Notes: generated by a model from the sequence alone, not told the origin. 33,034 bases of DNA from Candidatus Woesearchaeota archaeon (GCA_964362835.1 CAYIGE010000001.1:1-33034); one strand, 5' to 3'; numbered from the stretch's first letter, positions 7,037 to 16,206 are shown. Program-made: numbers and translations.

Positions 7037-9745
7037 ATGGACAATTCTGTAGGAGAAAATGTTATTCGCCAGAGGCAGATGAAACTTTTTGGATTTGTTA
7101 AAAAAAAGGCAGATTGGACAATTTATATTTTTCTTGCACTAGTTGTATATCTCTCTGTATGGATTCGCACTCGCAATTTATCAGGTTTAAGAGACGTGAC
7201 GACTGGTGGATGGACTCTTGGTCCAGATTTAGACCCTTTTTTATTTTTACGTTGGGCAAAATACATAGTTGAAAATGGAAGCCTCTTTGCAGTCGACACG
7301 ATGAGATATGTGCCATTTGGATTTGAAAGTAGTTTGGAATTTCCATTACTCCCTCATTCAATTGCGTGGTTTCATAACCTCGCATCATTCTTTGGAAGTG
7401 CTTCGATTGAACAATCTGCAGCATTATATCCAGTTTTTATGTTTGCCTTGACGGTCGTTGCATTTTTCCTTATGACTCGGATCGCATTTTCTTATGTAAT
7501 TAATAAAAAACAGGCAAGCATCGGAGCAGTGGTTGCTTCACTTTTATTTTCAATTATTCCCTCATTTATTCCCCGCACCATAGCTGGAATTCCTGAAAAG
7601 GAGTCTGCCGCATTCTTTTTCTTTTTTATGGCATTCTTTTTCTTTTTGCTAAGCTGGAAAGAGGAGAAGAGGAACAAACAGTTCATATTTGCAGGGCTAG
7701 GAGGGCTATTTGCAGGTCTTATGGCTCTAACCTGGGGAGGTTATGCATATGTCCAGCTAATAGTGAGCACGGCTGTTATGATTATGTTCCTATTCGGACA
7801 GATAAATCTAAGGAGAACAATTTCATATTGTATATTTTTAGTGGTAACCTTTATCATAGCATTTTTGTTTTTTGAGAGATTTTCATTTTCTGCCTTAATC
7901 AACAGCTTAGAAGGGGCAATCACATTGTTTGTTGTAATAATTCTTATAATGGACTCGATAGTCCACCGTCGCTTCTCTAAATATATCCCCTCATTTTTAA
8001 AAGGCTCTCCGCGTCTAGTCTCAATAATATACGGAGGAATCTTCACAATATTAGTTGGAACAATTTTATTTGGACCTTCATTTATTGCCCGACAGATTAG
8101 GACATTGTATATTCAGTTAATTCAACCACCAGCATCCCGTTTAATCCAGACAGTTGCAGAAAACAGACAGCCATTTTTTGCTGAATGGGCATCTCAATTT
8201 GGACCTGTATTCTTGAAATTCCCATTGTTGCTACTACTTGGAGTCATTGCTTCTGCAGTAATATTGCATGTTGGGTTGAAAAATACACCTTTAATGAAAC
8301 GCCAAAAAGCAATATTGATAGGCGCATGGGTAGCGGTCGTACTTGCAATAATCTACACAAGGTATAGCCCCACAAGTATTTTCAATGGGTCGAATTTCTT
8401 GAGCGTATTCTTATATTTTATTGGAACAATATTTATGATAGTGGCTTTCATGTATATCTGTAAGCAATTCAGTAGGTTAAGAATATATAATATTTATGAC
8501 ACAATACCATTTGGAGTAATTTTTACACTTGTATTTTTTATCATCTCTCTTGTATCGGCTAGAGCATCCATAAGACTAGTGCTTATGCTGGTCCCAATAG
8601 TTTCAATGCTGGTAGCGTACCTTTTTATAAAAAGTTCCGTTTATGTGTATAAAATAATATCTGAGAAAAAAGCATGGGGTGCAGTCACTTTATTATGCGC
8701 GATTATTATTGCATTGACCTTTTTCGCAGCATATGTTAATTATTCTAACAGTAAAGATCTTGCTCAGAATTATGTTCCTTCCGCATATAATCAGCAATGG
8801 CAGAAGGCGATGTCTTGGGTAAGGGATAATACTTCTAGCGATGCTGTATTTGGACATTGGTGGGATTATGGTTACTGGGTTCAGTCTCTTGGCGAGAGAG
8901 CGACAGTACTTGATGGAGGAAATTATCTTGGTTATTGGAATCATATGATGGGGAGATATGCTCTTACGGAAACTAATATCACCAAAACGTTTGAATTTCT
9001 CTATGCTCATAATGTAACTCATTTCTTAATTGACTCAACAGATATTGGGAAATACAGTGCATTTTCATTAATAGGCTCAGACCCAAGTTATGATAGAAGA
9101 AGCTGGATACCTACGTTTTTAAGAGATAATTCTCAAACAACTGAACGCAAAAATTCTACTGTTTTTGTTTATTCTGGAGGGACTGCAATAGATCAAGATA
9201 TAATTTATGAAAATAATGGTAGCGAAATATTTTTACCTGAGGGAAAAGCTTATGTTGCAGCCGCAGTTTTAGTAGTTGATGCATCTGGCTCCATCTCAGA
9301 TGTTTTTGGAATATATCTTTTGCAGGAAAAAACTTACCAGATTCCCCTTAGATATTATTGGGATGAGAAGACTGGATTTGTAGATACTCAAAAAGGCATT
9401 GATGCCGGCGTATTTATCTATCCACGGGTTACTGCTAATTCTCAAGGCGGAGCAGATATTGATTCTCGCGGAGCTTTAATTTATTTGAGTTCTAAAACCG
9501 TTAAAAGTAATGTTGCAAGATTCTATCTTTATGGCGAGTCTAATGAAAACTTTTTTCTTGCACATAATGAACCTGATGCACTTGTGGATATGCTAAAGGC
9601 TCAAAGCGCACAAATAGGAGATTTTGTTTACTTTAATGAGTTTAGAGGGCCTATAAAAATATGGCAATTAAAATATCCTTCAAACATCAAATTTAATGAG
9701 AATTATTTACAGACAAACTACCCTGATGACATTCTATATTCTTAG
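7037..9745 (+). CDS. aglB: Archaeal oligosaccharyltransferase AglB (STT3 family)
   Basis: 902 aa with a multi-TM N-terminal half. WWDYG lies at nt 8858-8872 (residues 608-612) and a DxxK (DIGK) motif at nt 9041-9052. Acidic loop motifs (GPDLDPF, IPEKES) occur in the early loops. Confidence 0.92.
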   Translation: MDNSVGENVIRQRQMKLFGFVKKKADWTIYIFLALVVYLSVWIRTRNLSGLRDVTTGGWTLGPDLDPFLFLRWAKYIVENGSLFAVDTMRYVPFGFESSLEFPLLPHSIAWFHNLASFFGSASIEQSAALYPVFMFALTVVAFFLMTRIAFSYVINKKQASIGAVVASLLFSIIPSFIPRTIAGIPEKESAAFFFFFMAFFFFLLSWKEEKRNKQFIFAGLGGLFAGLMALTWGGYAYVQLIVSTAVMIMFLFGQINLRRTISYCIFLVVTFIIAFLFFERFSFSALINSLEGAITLFVVIILIMDSIVHRRFSKYIPSFLKGSPRLVSIIYGGIFTILVGTILFGPSFIARQIRTLYIQLIQPPASRLIQTVAENRQPFFAEWASQFGPVFLKFPLLLLLGVIASAVILHVGLKNTPLMKRQKAILIGAWVAVVLAIIYTRYSPTSIFNGSNFLSVFLYFIGTIFMIVAFMYICKQFSRLRIYNIYDTIPFGVIFTLVFFIISLVSARASIRLVLMLVPIVSMLVAYLFIKSSVYVYKIISEKKAWGAVTLLCAIIIALTFFAAYVNYSNSKDLAQNYVPSAYNQQWQKAMSWVRDNTSSDAVFGHWWDYGYWVQSLGERATVLDGGNYLGYWNHMMGRYALTETNITKTFEFLYAHNVTHFLIDSTDIGKYSAFSLIGSDPSYDRRSWIPTFLRDNSQTTERKNSTVFVYSGGTAIDQDIIYENNGSEIFLPEGKAYVAAAVLVVDASGSISDVFGIYLLQEKTYQIPLRYYWDEKTGFVDTQKGIDAGVFIYPRVTANSQGGADIDSRGALIYLSSKTVKSNVARFYLYGESNENFFLAHNEPDALVDMLKAQSAQIGDFVYFNEFRGPIKIWQLKYPSNIKFNENYLQTNYPDDILYS
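7610..7651 (+). repeat. In-frame tandem 21-nt duplication inside aglB (AFFFFFM / AFFFFLL)
   Basis: gcattctttttcttttt occurs at 7610-7626 and again at 7631-7647. The two 21-nt units match at 18 of 21 positions. Confidence 0.7.
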
Positions 9746-9751
9746 ACACCA

Positions 9752-9762
9752 ATTTAAAAATA
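9752..9762 (+). promoter_or_regulatory. TATA-like box of the flippase gene at 9782
   Basis: atttaaaaata is centred about 25 nt upstream of the ATG. Confidence 0.45.
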
Positions 9763-9781
9763 GGATTTTGCTGTAATCTTC

Positions 9782-10993
9782 ATGTTAAACGCCAAACTTA
9801 TTAAAGGTAGTTTTGTATTGCTTGTCGCCTTTGGATTATTTAATTTACTTAATTTTATTTATCAATTTGCAATGGCAAGATTGCTTTCTGTAGCGGAATA
9901 TGGAATCTTGGCGGCACTTTTTGCGATAATTTATATTTTTGCCATTTTTTCAGATTCTATTCAAATAGTAATTGCGAAATATACTGTGAATAGTGAAGAT
10001 AAAGGACAGATAAGAAGTTTAATATCTAAATCTCTACGTAAGGGTAGGTTTTTAGCAACTATCTTTTTTAGCATATACTTAGTTTTGTCTATACCTCTTT
10101 CAGTTTTTTTTGATATTTCTTATATGCTTCTTGCAATGAATGGTCTAATTATTTATTTAATATTCTGTTTGCCCGTCTCCCGAGGAGTACTTCAAGGAAG
10201 AAAACAATTTGTTGCTTTGGGAACAAATCTGGTAGTAGAATCTATGTTCAAGTTAATATTTGGAATTTTGTTTGTAATAGTAGGCTGGAAAGTTTATGGA
10301 GCGATAGGAGGCTTCATTCTTGGGGCGCTTATTTCTTTTTTGCTTTCTTTTATATCTTTGAAAGATATTTATAAATTTTCAAATGGTATTTCGAAAACAA
10401 AAGATATTTACGAATACGCAAGACCTACTACATTTATTACTGCAATTATAGTATTGTTTTATAGTGTGGATGTTATTCTTGCAAAAATAATGTTTAGTCC
10501 AGAGACTGCTGGGGCATATGCTATATCCTCTATTTTAGGAAAAATTGTTCTTTGGCTCTCTGTCCCTATTGGGAAAGCCATGTTCCCTTTATCCGCAGAG
10601 AATCAGACAAGTCAGAAGAATAATACTATCTTTACAACTTCTATAATTATTCTATTATTGATTGTTGTTTCAGTTCTATGCGTATTTTACTTTTTTTCAG
10701 ATTTTATTGTAACGTTCTTTGCAGGAAAACCTGTTCCCGAAGCCGCAGAGATACTGTTTTATATTGGGATATCGTTTAGCATCATTGCGTTTGCAAATAT
10801 GATTTTAGTTTATCGCCTTTCATTAGGACCTATCAAGAATTATTTATACCTATTTTCTTGCAACTTCGTTCAAATTTTGCTACTTCTATTTCTTTCTGAA
10901 AATCTGAAATTGTTCTCCTTTGCATTTATAGTGTCTTCAGCAATACTTTTAATATCTTCTATTGTATTTGTTAAGATTAACCGACATGTTTAA
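9782..10993 (+). CDS. MOP-superfamily oligosaccharide/polysaccharide flippase (Wzx/Rft1-like)
   Basis: 403-aa polytopic membrane protein. The N-terminus LIKGSFVLL...FAMARLLSVAEYG is typical of the polysaccharide-biosynthesis flippase family. Confidence 0.7.
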   Translation: MLNAKLIKGSFVLLVAFGLFNLLNFIYQFAMARLLSVAEYGILAALFAIIYIFAIFSDSIQIVIAKYTVNSEDKGQIRSLISKSLRKGRFLATIFFSIYLVLSIPLSVFFDISYMLLAMNGLIIYLIFCLPVSRGVLQGRKQFVALGTNLVVESMFKLIFGILFVIVGWKVYGAIGGFILGALISFLLSFISLKDIYKFSNGISKTKDIYEYARPTTFITAIIVLFYSVDVILAKIMFSPETAGAYAISSILGKIVLWLSVPIGKAMFPLSAENQTSQKNNTIFTTSIIILLLIVVSVLCVFYFFSDFIVTFFAGKPVPEAAEILFYIGISFSIIAFANMILVYRLSLGPIKNYLYLFSCNFVQILLLLFLSENLKLFSFAFIVSSAILLISSIVFVKINRHV

Positions 10994-11016
10994 AACATCA
11001 TTATATAGACAGGGAG

Positions 11017-11796
11017 ATGTATAGATTAGCAATTATTGTTCCAGCACATAATGAAGAGAAACGTATTGGTAAAACATTAGAATCTTATCTGCTTTATTTT
11101 AAAGAGATAGTTAAACTAAAAAAATTAAGTAGCTTTAAGATAATGGTTGTAATTAACGCTTGTTCAGATAATACTGAGGCTGTTGTTAAAAAATATGCTT
11201 GTAAATTTTTAGAGATTATTAGTTTTAAAAGGGGGGGGAAGGGTTTTGCAGTTATTGAGGGATTCAAACATGCCCTAAATGGGGATTACACTCACATTGG
11301 ATTTGTAGATGCAGATATGTCTACAACCCCAGAAGAGTTTTATAGATTATTTTATAAAATAAATAATTGTGAGGGGATTGTTGCAAGCAGATATCTTTCA
11401 GAGTCTAAACTGACTCCCCGAAACACATTTTCTAGAATTATTGCTTCCAGGATATATAATTTCTTTATTCGCGCTATTCTTATTATTCCATTTAGAGATA
11501 CTCAATGCGGGGCAAAAATATTCAAACAAGGGGCTTTAAGAAAGGTTATAACTAAAATGGGGATGACTCAATGGGCATTTGACATAGAACTACTTTATTT
11601 ATTAAATAAAGAAGGATTCAAAATAAAAGAACTCCCTACAACATGGTCTAACCGAGATTATTCTACCATTAATTTCTGGAATGCTGGACCATGGATGGTT
11701 CTTTCTATTGTGCGTTTGCGCATTTTACATTCCCCATTCAAAAGAATGGTACGCATTTATGATAAATTTATAAGAATATTCAAACCCACTAAATAA
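11017..11796 (+). CDS. GT2 dolichyl-phosphate hexose synthase, Alg5-like (Dol-P beta-glucosyltransferase type)
   Basis: IIVPAHNEE start, GKG loop, DAD motif and RDTQCGAKIF (compare DTQCGFK of Alg5-type enzymes). Confidence 0.75.
   Translation: MYRLAIIVPAHNEEKRIGKTLESYLLYFKEIVKLKKLSSFKIMVVINACSDNTEAVVKKYACKFLEIISFKRGGKGFAVIEGFKHALNGDYTHIGFVDADMSTTPEEFYRLFYKINNCEGIVASRYLSESKLTPRNTFSRIIASRIYNFFIRAILIIPFRDTQCGAKIFKQGALRKVITKMGMTQWAFDIELLYLLNKEGFKIKELPTTWSNRDYSTINFWNAGPWMVLSIVRLRILHSPFKRMVRIYDKFIRIFKPTK
11231..11238 (+). repeat. G8 homopolymer inside the Alg5-like GT2 coding sequence
   Basis: The sequence aaaa-gggggggg-aaggg encodes R72-G73-G74-K75. It is the longest G or C run I saw in this AT-rich window. 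Confidence 0.8.
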
Positions 11797-11797
11797 T

Positions 11798-12283
11798 ATG
11801 AAAAAGATAAAAAACATCGCACTTATAACCTCGCAGGGAGGACATCTTGGTCAGTTTAAGCTTATTTTTGATGAAACTGTAATAAGAGAAAATAATTGCA
11901 TATTAATTACTGAGGATATAAATCCAAAAATAAAAGATAAATATTTCTTAGGGAGATATAGAACATATTTTTTAAAAAAAGACGTTCTGCTAAAATTAAA
12001 TCCTTTTACTTATATTAAGACCCTCTTTAGTTTGATAGAGATATTAAGAAAAGAAAAAATAGACTTAATTTTTACTAATGGTGCTCAGATTTCTATTCCT
12101 GCGGTTATTGCTGTGAGGATATTAGGCATAAAGTCTGTGTTCATTGATACAGTTATAAGAGTTAAGACTCCTAATTGGTCAGCTAGAGTATGCTATTTGT
12201 TTGCAGACACATTTTGGGTGCAACATGAACAAATGGCTAGAAAATATGGTAGAAAAGCAAAATATGTGGGAGGAATAGTATGA
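11798..12283 (+). CDS. Alg14-like / PssD / Cps14F-family glycosyltransferase subunit
   Basis: SQGGHLGQ (compare SSGGHL), TNGAQISIPAV, the FIDTVIRVKTP...R pattern and ADTFWVQHEQM align with PssD/Cps14F/Alg14. A 4-nt ATGA overlap joins it to the Alg13-like partner. Confidence 0.82.
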   Translation: MKKIKNIALITSQGGHLGQFKLIFDETVIRENNCILITEDINPKIKDKYFLGRYRTYFLKKDVLLKLNPFTYIKTLFSLIEILRKEKIDLIFTNGAQISIPAVIAVRILGIKSVFIDTVIRVKTPNWSARVCYLFADTFWVQHEQMARKYGRKAKYVGGIV

Positions 12284-12747
12284 TTTTTGTTACTATTGGG
12301 ACTCATACAGATCAATTTGATAGGCTTATACGTAGAATAGATGAAATAGCGCTAAAAATTAAAGAAGAAATAATCGTTCAGAGAGGATTTACCAAATATG
12401 TTCCAAAAAATGTGAAATATTTTGAATTTACTGAGGATATGGACAAATATTACAAGAAAGCAAGGATTGTAATTGCTCAATCGGCTACATCGCTAATAGA
12501 ATTTATACTAAAATATGACAAACCAGTAATTACTGTTCCTAGGGAGAGCAAGTATCACGAACATATTAACGACCATCAGGTTGAATTTGCAGAATATTTT
12601 GCTAAAAAAGCTAATGTTCTAGTGATTAGAAATATAAATTATTTAACTCCGCAGTTGCTTATTAAATATAATAAAAAACCAAAAATAGATTTAAACGGAC
12701 TTTACAGCTTACAAGAAAAAATTAAAAAAGTCATAGATTCAATATGA
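12280..12747 (+). CDS. Alg13-like / PssE / Cps14G-family glycosyltransferase subunit (GT28 C-terminal domain)
   Basis: MIFVTIGTHTDQFDRLI start and VPRESKYHEHINDHQVEFAEYF are near-diagnostic of PssE/Cps14G/Alg13. Confidence 0.82.
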   Translation: MIFVTIGTHTDQFDRLIRRIDEIALKIKEEIIVQRGFTKYVPKNVKYFEFTEDMDKYYKKARIVIAQSATSLIEFILKYDKPVITVPRESKYHEHINDHQVEFAEYFAKKANVLVIRNINYLTPQLLIKYNKKPKIDLNGLYSLQEKIKKVIDSI

Positions 12748-13400
12748 ATCCATTTAGTAATAACCGCACAGATTATGTTGTAGCTCTTTCAAAACCTGGG
12801 GCAAAAGATGAAGTTCTTACTGTTGGAATCTCCAATATGCCTGAAATTGAGAAGAGACTTGAAAATAGAGTTAAGGGATGTACTTGTATAGATTTAGATA
12901 AAGAGAAATTGTTTCATGCAAAAAAATATCTTAAAAATACTACACTTATATTTGGGGATATAACTAAACCAAAAGAGTTAAAGGGTAAAAAGTTTGATAC
13001 AGTTATAATGCTTGAGGTTCTTGAGCATTTAGAAGATGATAGAAAAACACTAAAAATAATTCACTCTATGTTAAAAAGAAAAGGTAAACTAATTATTTCT
13101 GTTCCCAATAAGCATTTATTACACTTGTTTAATCCAGTAAGATATACACAGCATAAAAGACACTATTCTATGCAAGAAATAGAAGCTTTGCTTGTTGAAA
13201 ATGGATTTAAGATTGAACATAAAAATACAGTAGAATCTTTAAAACTTTTATTTGACTTGTATGTGCACTTATTCTTTAAATATCTCTTGCATAAGAAAGT
13301 TAGGTTTGGGATATTTACTTCTGAAATTGATAAAACTTACAAGCAATATAATAAAGAGTCTGAAGGTATGGATTGTATTCTTGTTGCGGTTAAGAATTAA
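12744..13400 (+). CDS. Class I SAM-dependent methyltransferase with a divergent motif I
   Basis: FDTVIMLEVLEHLEDD and LKRKGKLIISVPN match Methyltransf_11/23-type enzymes. Motif I is unusual (VLTVGISNMPE). It overlaps the preceding gene by 4 nt. Confidence 0.65.
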   Translation: MNPFSNNRTDYVVALSKPGAKDEVLTVGISNMPEIEKRLENRVKGCTCIDLDKEKLFHAKKYLKNTTLIFGDITKPKELKGKKFDTVIMLEVLEHLEDDRKTLKIIHSMLKRKGKLIISVPNKHLLHLFNPVRYTQHKRHYSMQEIEALLVENGFKIEHKNTVESLKLLFDLYVHLFFKYLLHKKVRFGIFTSEIDKTYKQYNKESEGMDCILVAVKN

Positions 13401-14389
13401 ACATATCTCAAGAAGTTTCTAAACTTCGGAATTGTTATGCATCCATAAATTAGAGTTATGAAGAAAACATAAAATGGATGCAAAAGCCAGAATAACTTTT
13501 TATCTTGAATAAATTTAGGCATGATTTGATAAAGAGGAACTATTAAAGTAAGGTTAGTTAAAACTGTTAGAAAGAATCTTATTGTGCTTGGAGGGCTACC
13601 TAATTGAGTCCATTTGAAAGACTTTGTTTCATATTCTTTATTAATAAAACGATAGAAGTATATCGTTTTTTTCTTTAGGAAGCTGAACATATCGTTGGAA
13701 GTCTTATGATATATGCGAGGCTTAATTGGTACTGCTACTTTCATAGAAAGTTTAGCCATGCTTGCAGAGACGTCTACGTCGCGAGTATAACCTCCTATCC
13801 TGCTAAATACAGATTTTCTGAATATACATCCATTTGCCCCAAAGAATAATATGTTTTTTGGAGATAAACTGAATATACAGGATTCATTGGATTTTTTAAA
13901 TTTGTGATGATTGATTACTACTTGAGAGACTAAAGAGTAAGGTGTAGCAAAGGGGTCTTCTACGCCTAATGCATTAATATATTTAAGAAAATTATTATCC
14001 GATTTTCGGTAATCTAGCAAAGACTGTGAGGCCATTATGTCTTTATCTTTAAAAGGTTGAATCATTTGATTTATCCAATCTTTGTCAAGAATAATGTTAT
14101 CATGATCAAGGAAAATAAGATACTTGCCTTTTGACTTACTAACACCTTGATCTTTTCCATTACCCTTTCCTTCTGAAAGCTTATTTGGATTGTGAGATAA
14201 TCTGATGTTCTTCTCTTTTTTTTGATAATCTTTTACTATTGAAAGAGTTTTATCTGTAGAGCCGCCATCAATAATTAAGATTTCATAATCTTTTTTATCC
14301 ATATTCTGCATTAAAATAGAATCTAGACACTCTCTTAGAGTTCTTTCTGCATTAAGTATGCCTAAAATATAGCTCACTTTTATGGTCAT
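13397..14389 (-). CDS. GT2 glycosyltransferase with a C-terminal membrane segment
   Basis: The N-terminal GT-A fold shows EILIIDGGSTDKT and LIFLDHDN (DxD-like), and the C-terminus is hydrophobic. Its start overlaps the asnB stop by 4 nt (ATGA). Confidence 0.75.
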   Translation of the reverse strand: MTIKVSYILGILNAERTLRECLDSILMQNMDKKDYEILIIDGGSTDKTLSIVKDYQKKEKNIRLSHNPNKLSEGKGNGKDQGVSKSKGKYLIFLDHDNIILDKDWINQMIQPFKDKDIMASQSLLDYRKSDNNFLKYINALGVEDPFATPYSLVSQVVINHHKFKKSNESCIFSLSPKNILFFGANGCIFRKSVFSRIGGYTRDVDVSASMAKLSMKVAVPIKPRIYHKTSNDMFSFLKKKTIYFYRFINKEYETKSFKWTQLGSPPSTIRFFLTVLTNLTLIVPLYQIMPKFIQDKKLFWLLHPFYVFFITLIYGCITIPKFRNFLRYV

Positions 14390-16206
14390 ATGCTTATTTT
14401 TTCTGATGAGATTTGATCGATATAAAGTTTATACCAAAGCTCAAGGTTTAGTAATGACCATAATTTATGATCGTTTCTATAGGCAGTCGGATTATTAATT
14501 AGATTATTCAGTTTGTTTTGATTGAAGATATCTCTTTTCTTCAAGTCTTGGATGTGTGGCTCTATTCTATTGAAGAAGTCTTTATTGGTAAACCATGTTG
14601 AAATTGGTAAACTGAATCCCTGTTTTTTACGATTAGCTATGATCTTGGGCAAATGAGGAGAAACTGTTTTTTTGAATAAATCTCTATTAATCTTATGTTT
14701 TCTTGGAATACTAAAGAAATACTCTATTAGGTCTTTGTCTAGAAAGGGGGCTCGTATTTCTAAGCCATGAGCCATGCTTGTTTTATCTACTTTCATTAGT
14801 AAATCGTTTGGAAGCCATTCTTTGAAGTAAAAATTAATTGATGCTTTGTATAATTCTTTACTTTTGATAAAGTTGTCTAATAAATCAGGTCTTGATACAT
14901 TAGTGAATTCTTTTATTTCACATTTATTGAAAGGAAAATAATATAATTTTTTATAAGCTTCTTCTATTGTTTTACTGTTCAATAAGTCGGCTCCAAAGTT
15001 ATATATTTGTTTTTTCGGATACACATAAAGACTAGATACTCCTTTGAGCGCTGGAATTAATATTTTCTTTATTGGGTAAGGGATTTTATTAATCTTATTT
15101 AAAAAAGACAATTTATTTACTGTGTCATATCCTCCAAAGACTTCGTCGCCACCTTCGCCTGACAACGCTACCTTGACATGTTTTGAAACCTCTTTTGAAA
15201 GAAGGTATGTTGGCAATGCTGCCGGGTCCGATATTGGTTCGTCTAAATGATAAACTACTTTTGGCAGGTGAGAAAGCATTTCTTTGTCTAGAATTATTTC
15301 TTTATGGTCTGTGTTAAAGTGATTTGCAACTATTCTGGCATATTTTGATTCATCTATTCCTTCTGTGAAACCTACTGAAAATGTTTTAATGTTTTCTGTT
15401 TTTCTAGACATATATGCAACCATTGTGCTTGAATCTAATCCTCCTGATAATAAAACTCCTATTGGTACATCTGACATGAGCCTTTTCTCTACAGCAGAAT
15501 CTATTAACTGGTCTACTTCTTTTATTGAAGGCTCTTTAGTTTCAGTTAGTGGAGGAATTTGCCAATATGAAGAGATTTTTAATTTTCCTTTTGAAAAAAT
15601 ACCGTAAGAACCTGGAGGCAACTTTTTAATTTTAGAAAATACAGTATTATTTCCCGGAGAGAAACGACAAGCGACTGTGTCTATTAAGATATTTTTGTCT
15701 ATATCTCTTGAAACCCCTGCTTCTAATAGAGATTTAATTTCTGAAGCGAATATTAAATTATCATTTTCTGTGGCATAATATAAAGGCTTTTTTCCAATCC
15801 TATCTCGTGCGATAATTAATTTATTATTTTTAGTATCCCACAATGCAAATGCAAACATACCATCAAGTTTTGAGCATATTTTTTCGCCATATTCTTCATA
15901 CCCTGCAATTATTACTTCTGTGTCGCTGTTGCTTTTGAATTTGCATCCCTTCTTTAGCAAATCTTCTTTTAATTTCTTGAAGTTGTATATTTCTCCGTTA
16001 AATACTATAACTATTGAACTATCTTCATTAAACATTGGCTGCCGGCCTTTGGGCGAGAGGTCTATGATACTAAGGCGTCTGTGGCCTAATGAAATTCCTT
16101 TATCGACGTAATATCCTTGTGCATCTGGTCCTCTGTGAGAGATGCGTTCTGTAATAGAACGAATTAGTTTTTTATCTCCCCAAGTAAATCCTGTTATTCC
16201 ACACAT
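14386..16206 (-). CDS. asnB: Asparagine synthase (glutamine-hydrolysing) family amidotransferase
   Basis: MCGI N-terminal nucleophile (Cys2), class-II GATase domain and PP-loop LLSGGLDSS, in 606 aa. Confidence 0.88.
   Translation of the reverse strand: MCGITGFTWGDKKLIRSITERISHRGPDAQGYYVDKGISLGHRRLSIIDLSPKGRQPMFNEDSSIVIVFNGEIYNFKKLKEDLLKKGCKFKSNSDTEVIIAGYEEYGEKICSKLDGMFAFALWDTKNNKLIIARDRIGKKPLYYATENDNLIFASEIKSLLEAGVSRDIDKNILIDTVACRFSPGNNTVFSKIKKLPPGSYGIFSKGKLKISSYWQIPPLTETKEPSIKEVDQLIDSAVEKRLMSDVPIGVLLSGGLDSSTMVAYMSRKTENIKTFSVGFTEGIDESKYARIVANHFNTDHKEIILDKEMLSHLPKVVYHLDEPISDPAALPTYLLSKEVSKHVKVALSGEGGDEVFGGYDTVNKLSFLNKINKIPYPIKKILIPALKGVSSLYVYPKKQIYNFGADLLNSKTIEEAYKKLYYFPFNKCEIKEFTNVSRPDLLDNFIKSKELYKASINFYFKEWLPNDLLMKVDKTSMAHGLEIRAPFLDKDLIEYFFSIPRKHKINRDLFKKTVSPHLPKIIANRKKQGFSLPISTWFTNKDFFNRIEPHIQDLKKRDIFNQNKLNNLINNPTAYRNDHKLWSLLNLELWYKLYIDQISSEKISI

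Noticed and set aside
7100-7107. A8 run near the 5' end of aglB as a second phase-variation tract.
   Set aside because: Poly-A and poly-T runs of this length are frequent throughout this AT-rich window, in both coding and non-coding DNA. It is therefore not distinctive, unlike the G8 tract.
7098-9022. Antisense or alternative-frame ORFs within aglB (7098-7424, 7492-7686, 7741-8046, 8185-8367, 8693-9022).
   Set aside because: aglB is continuous and motif-supported across this span. The embedded ORFs have no promoter or family signal.
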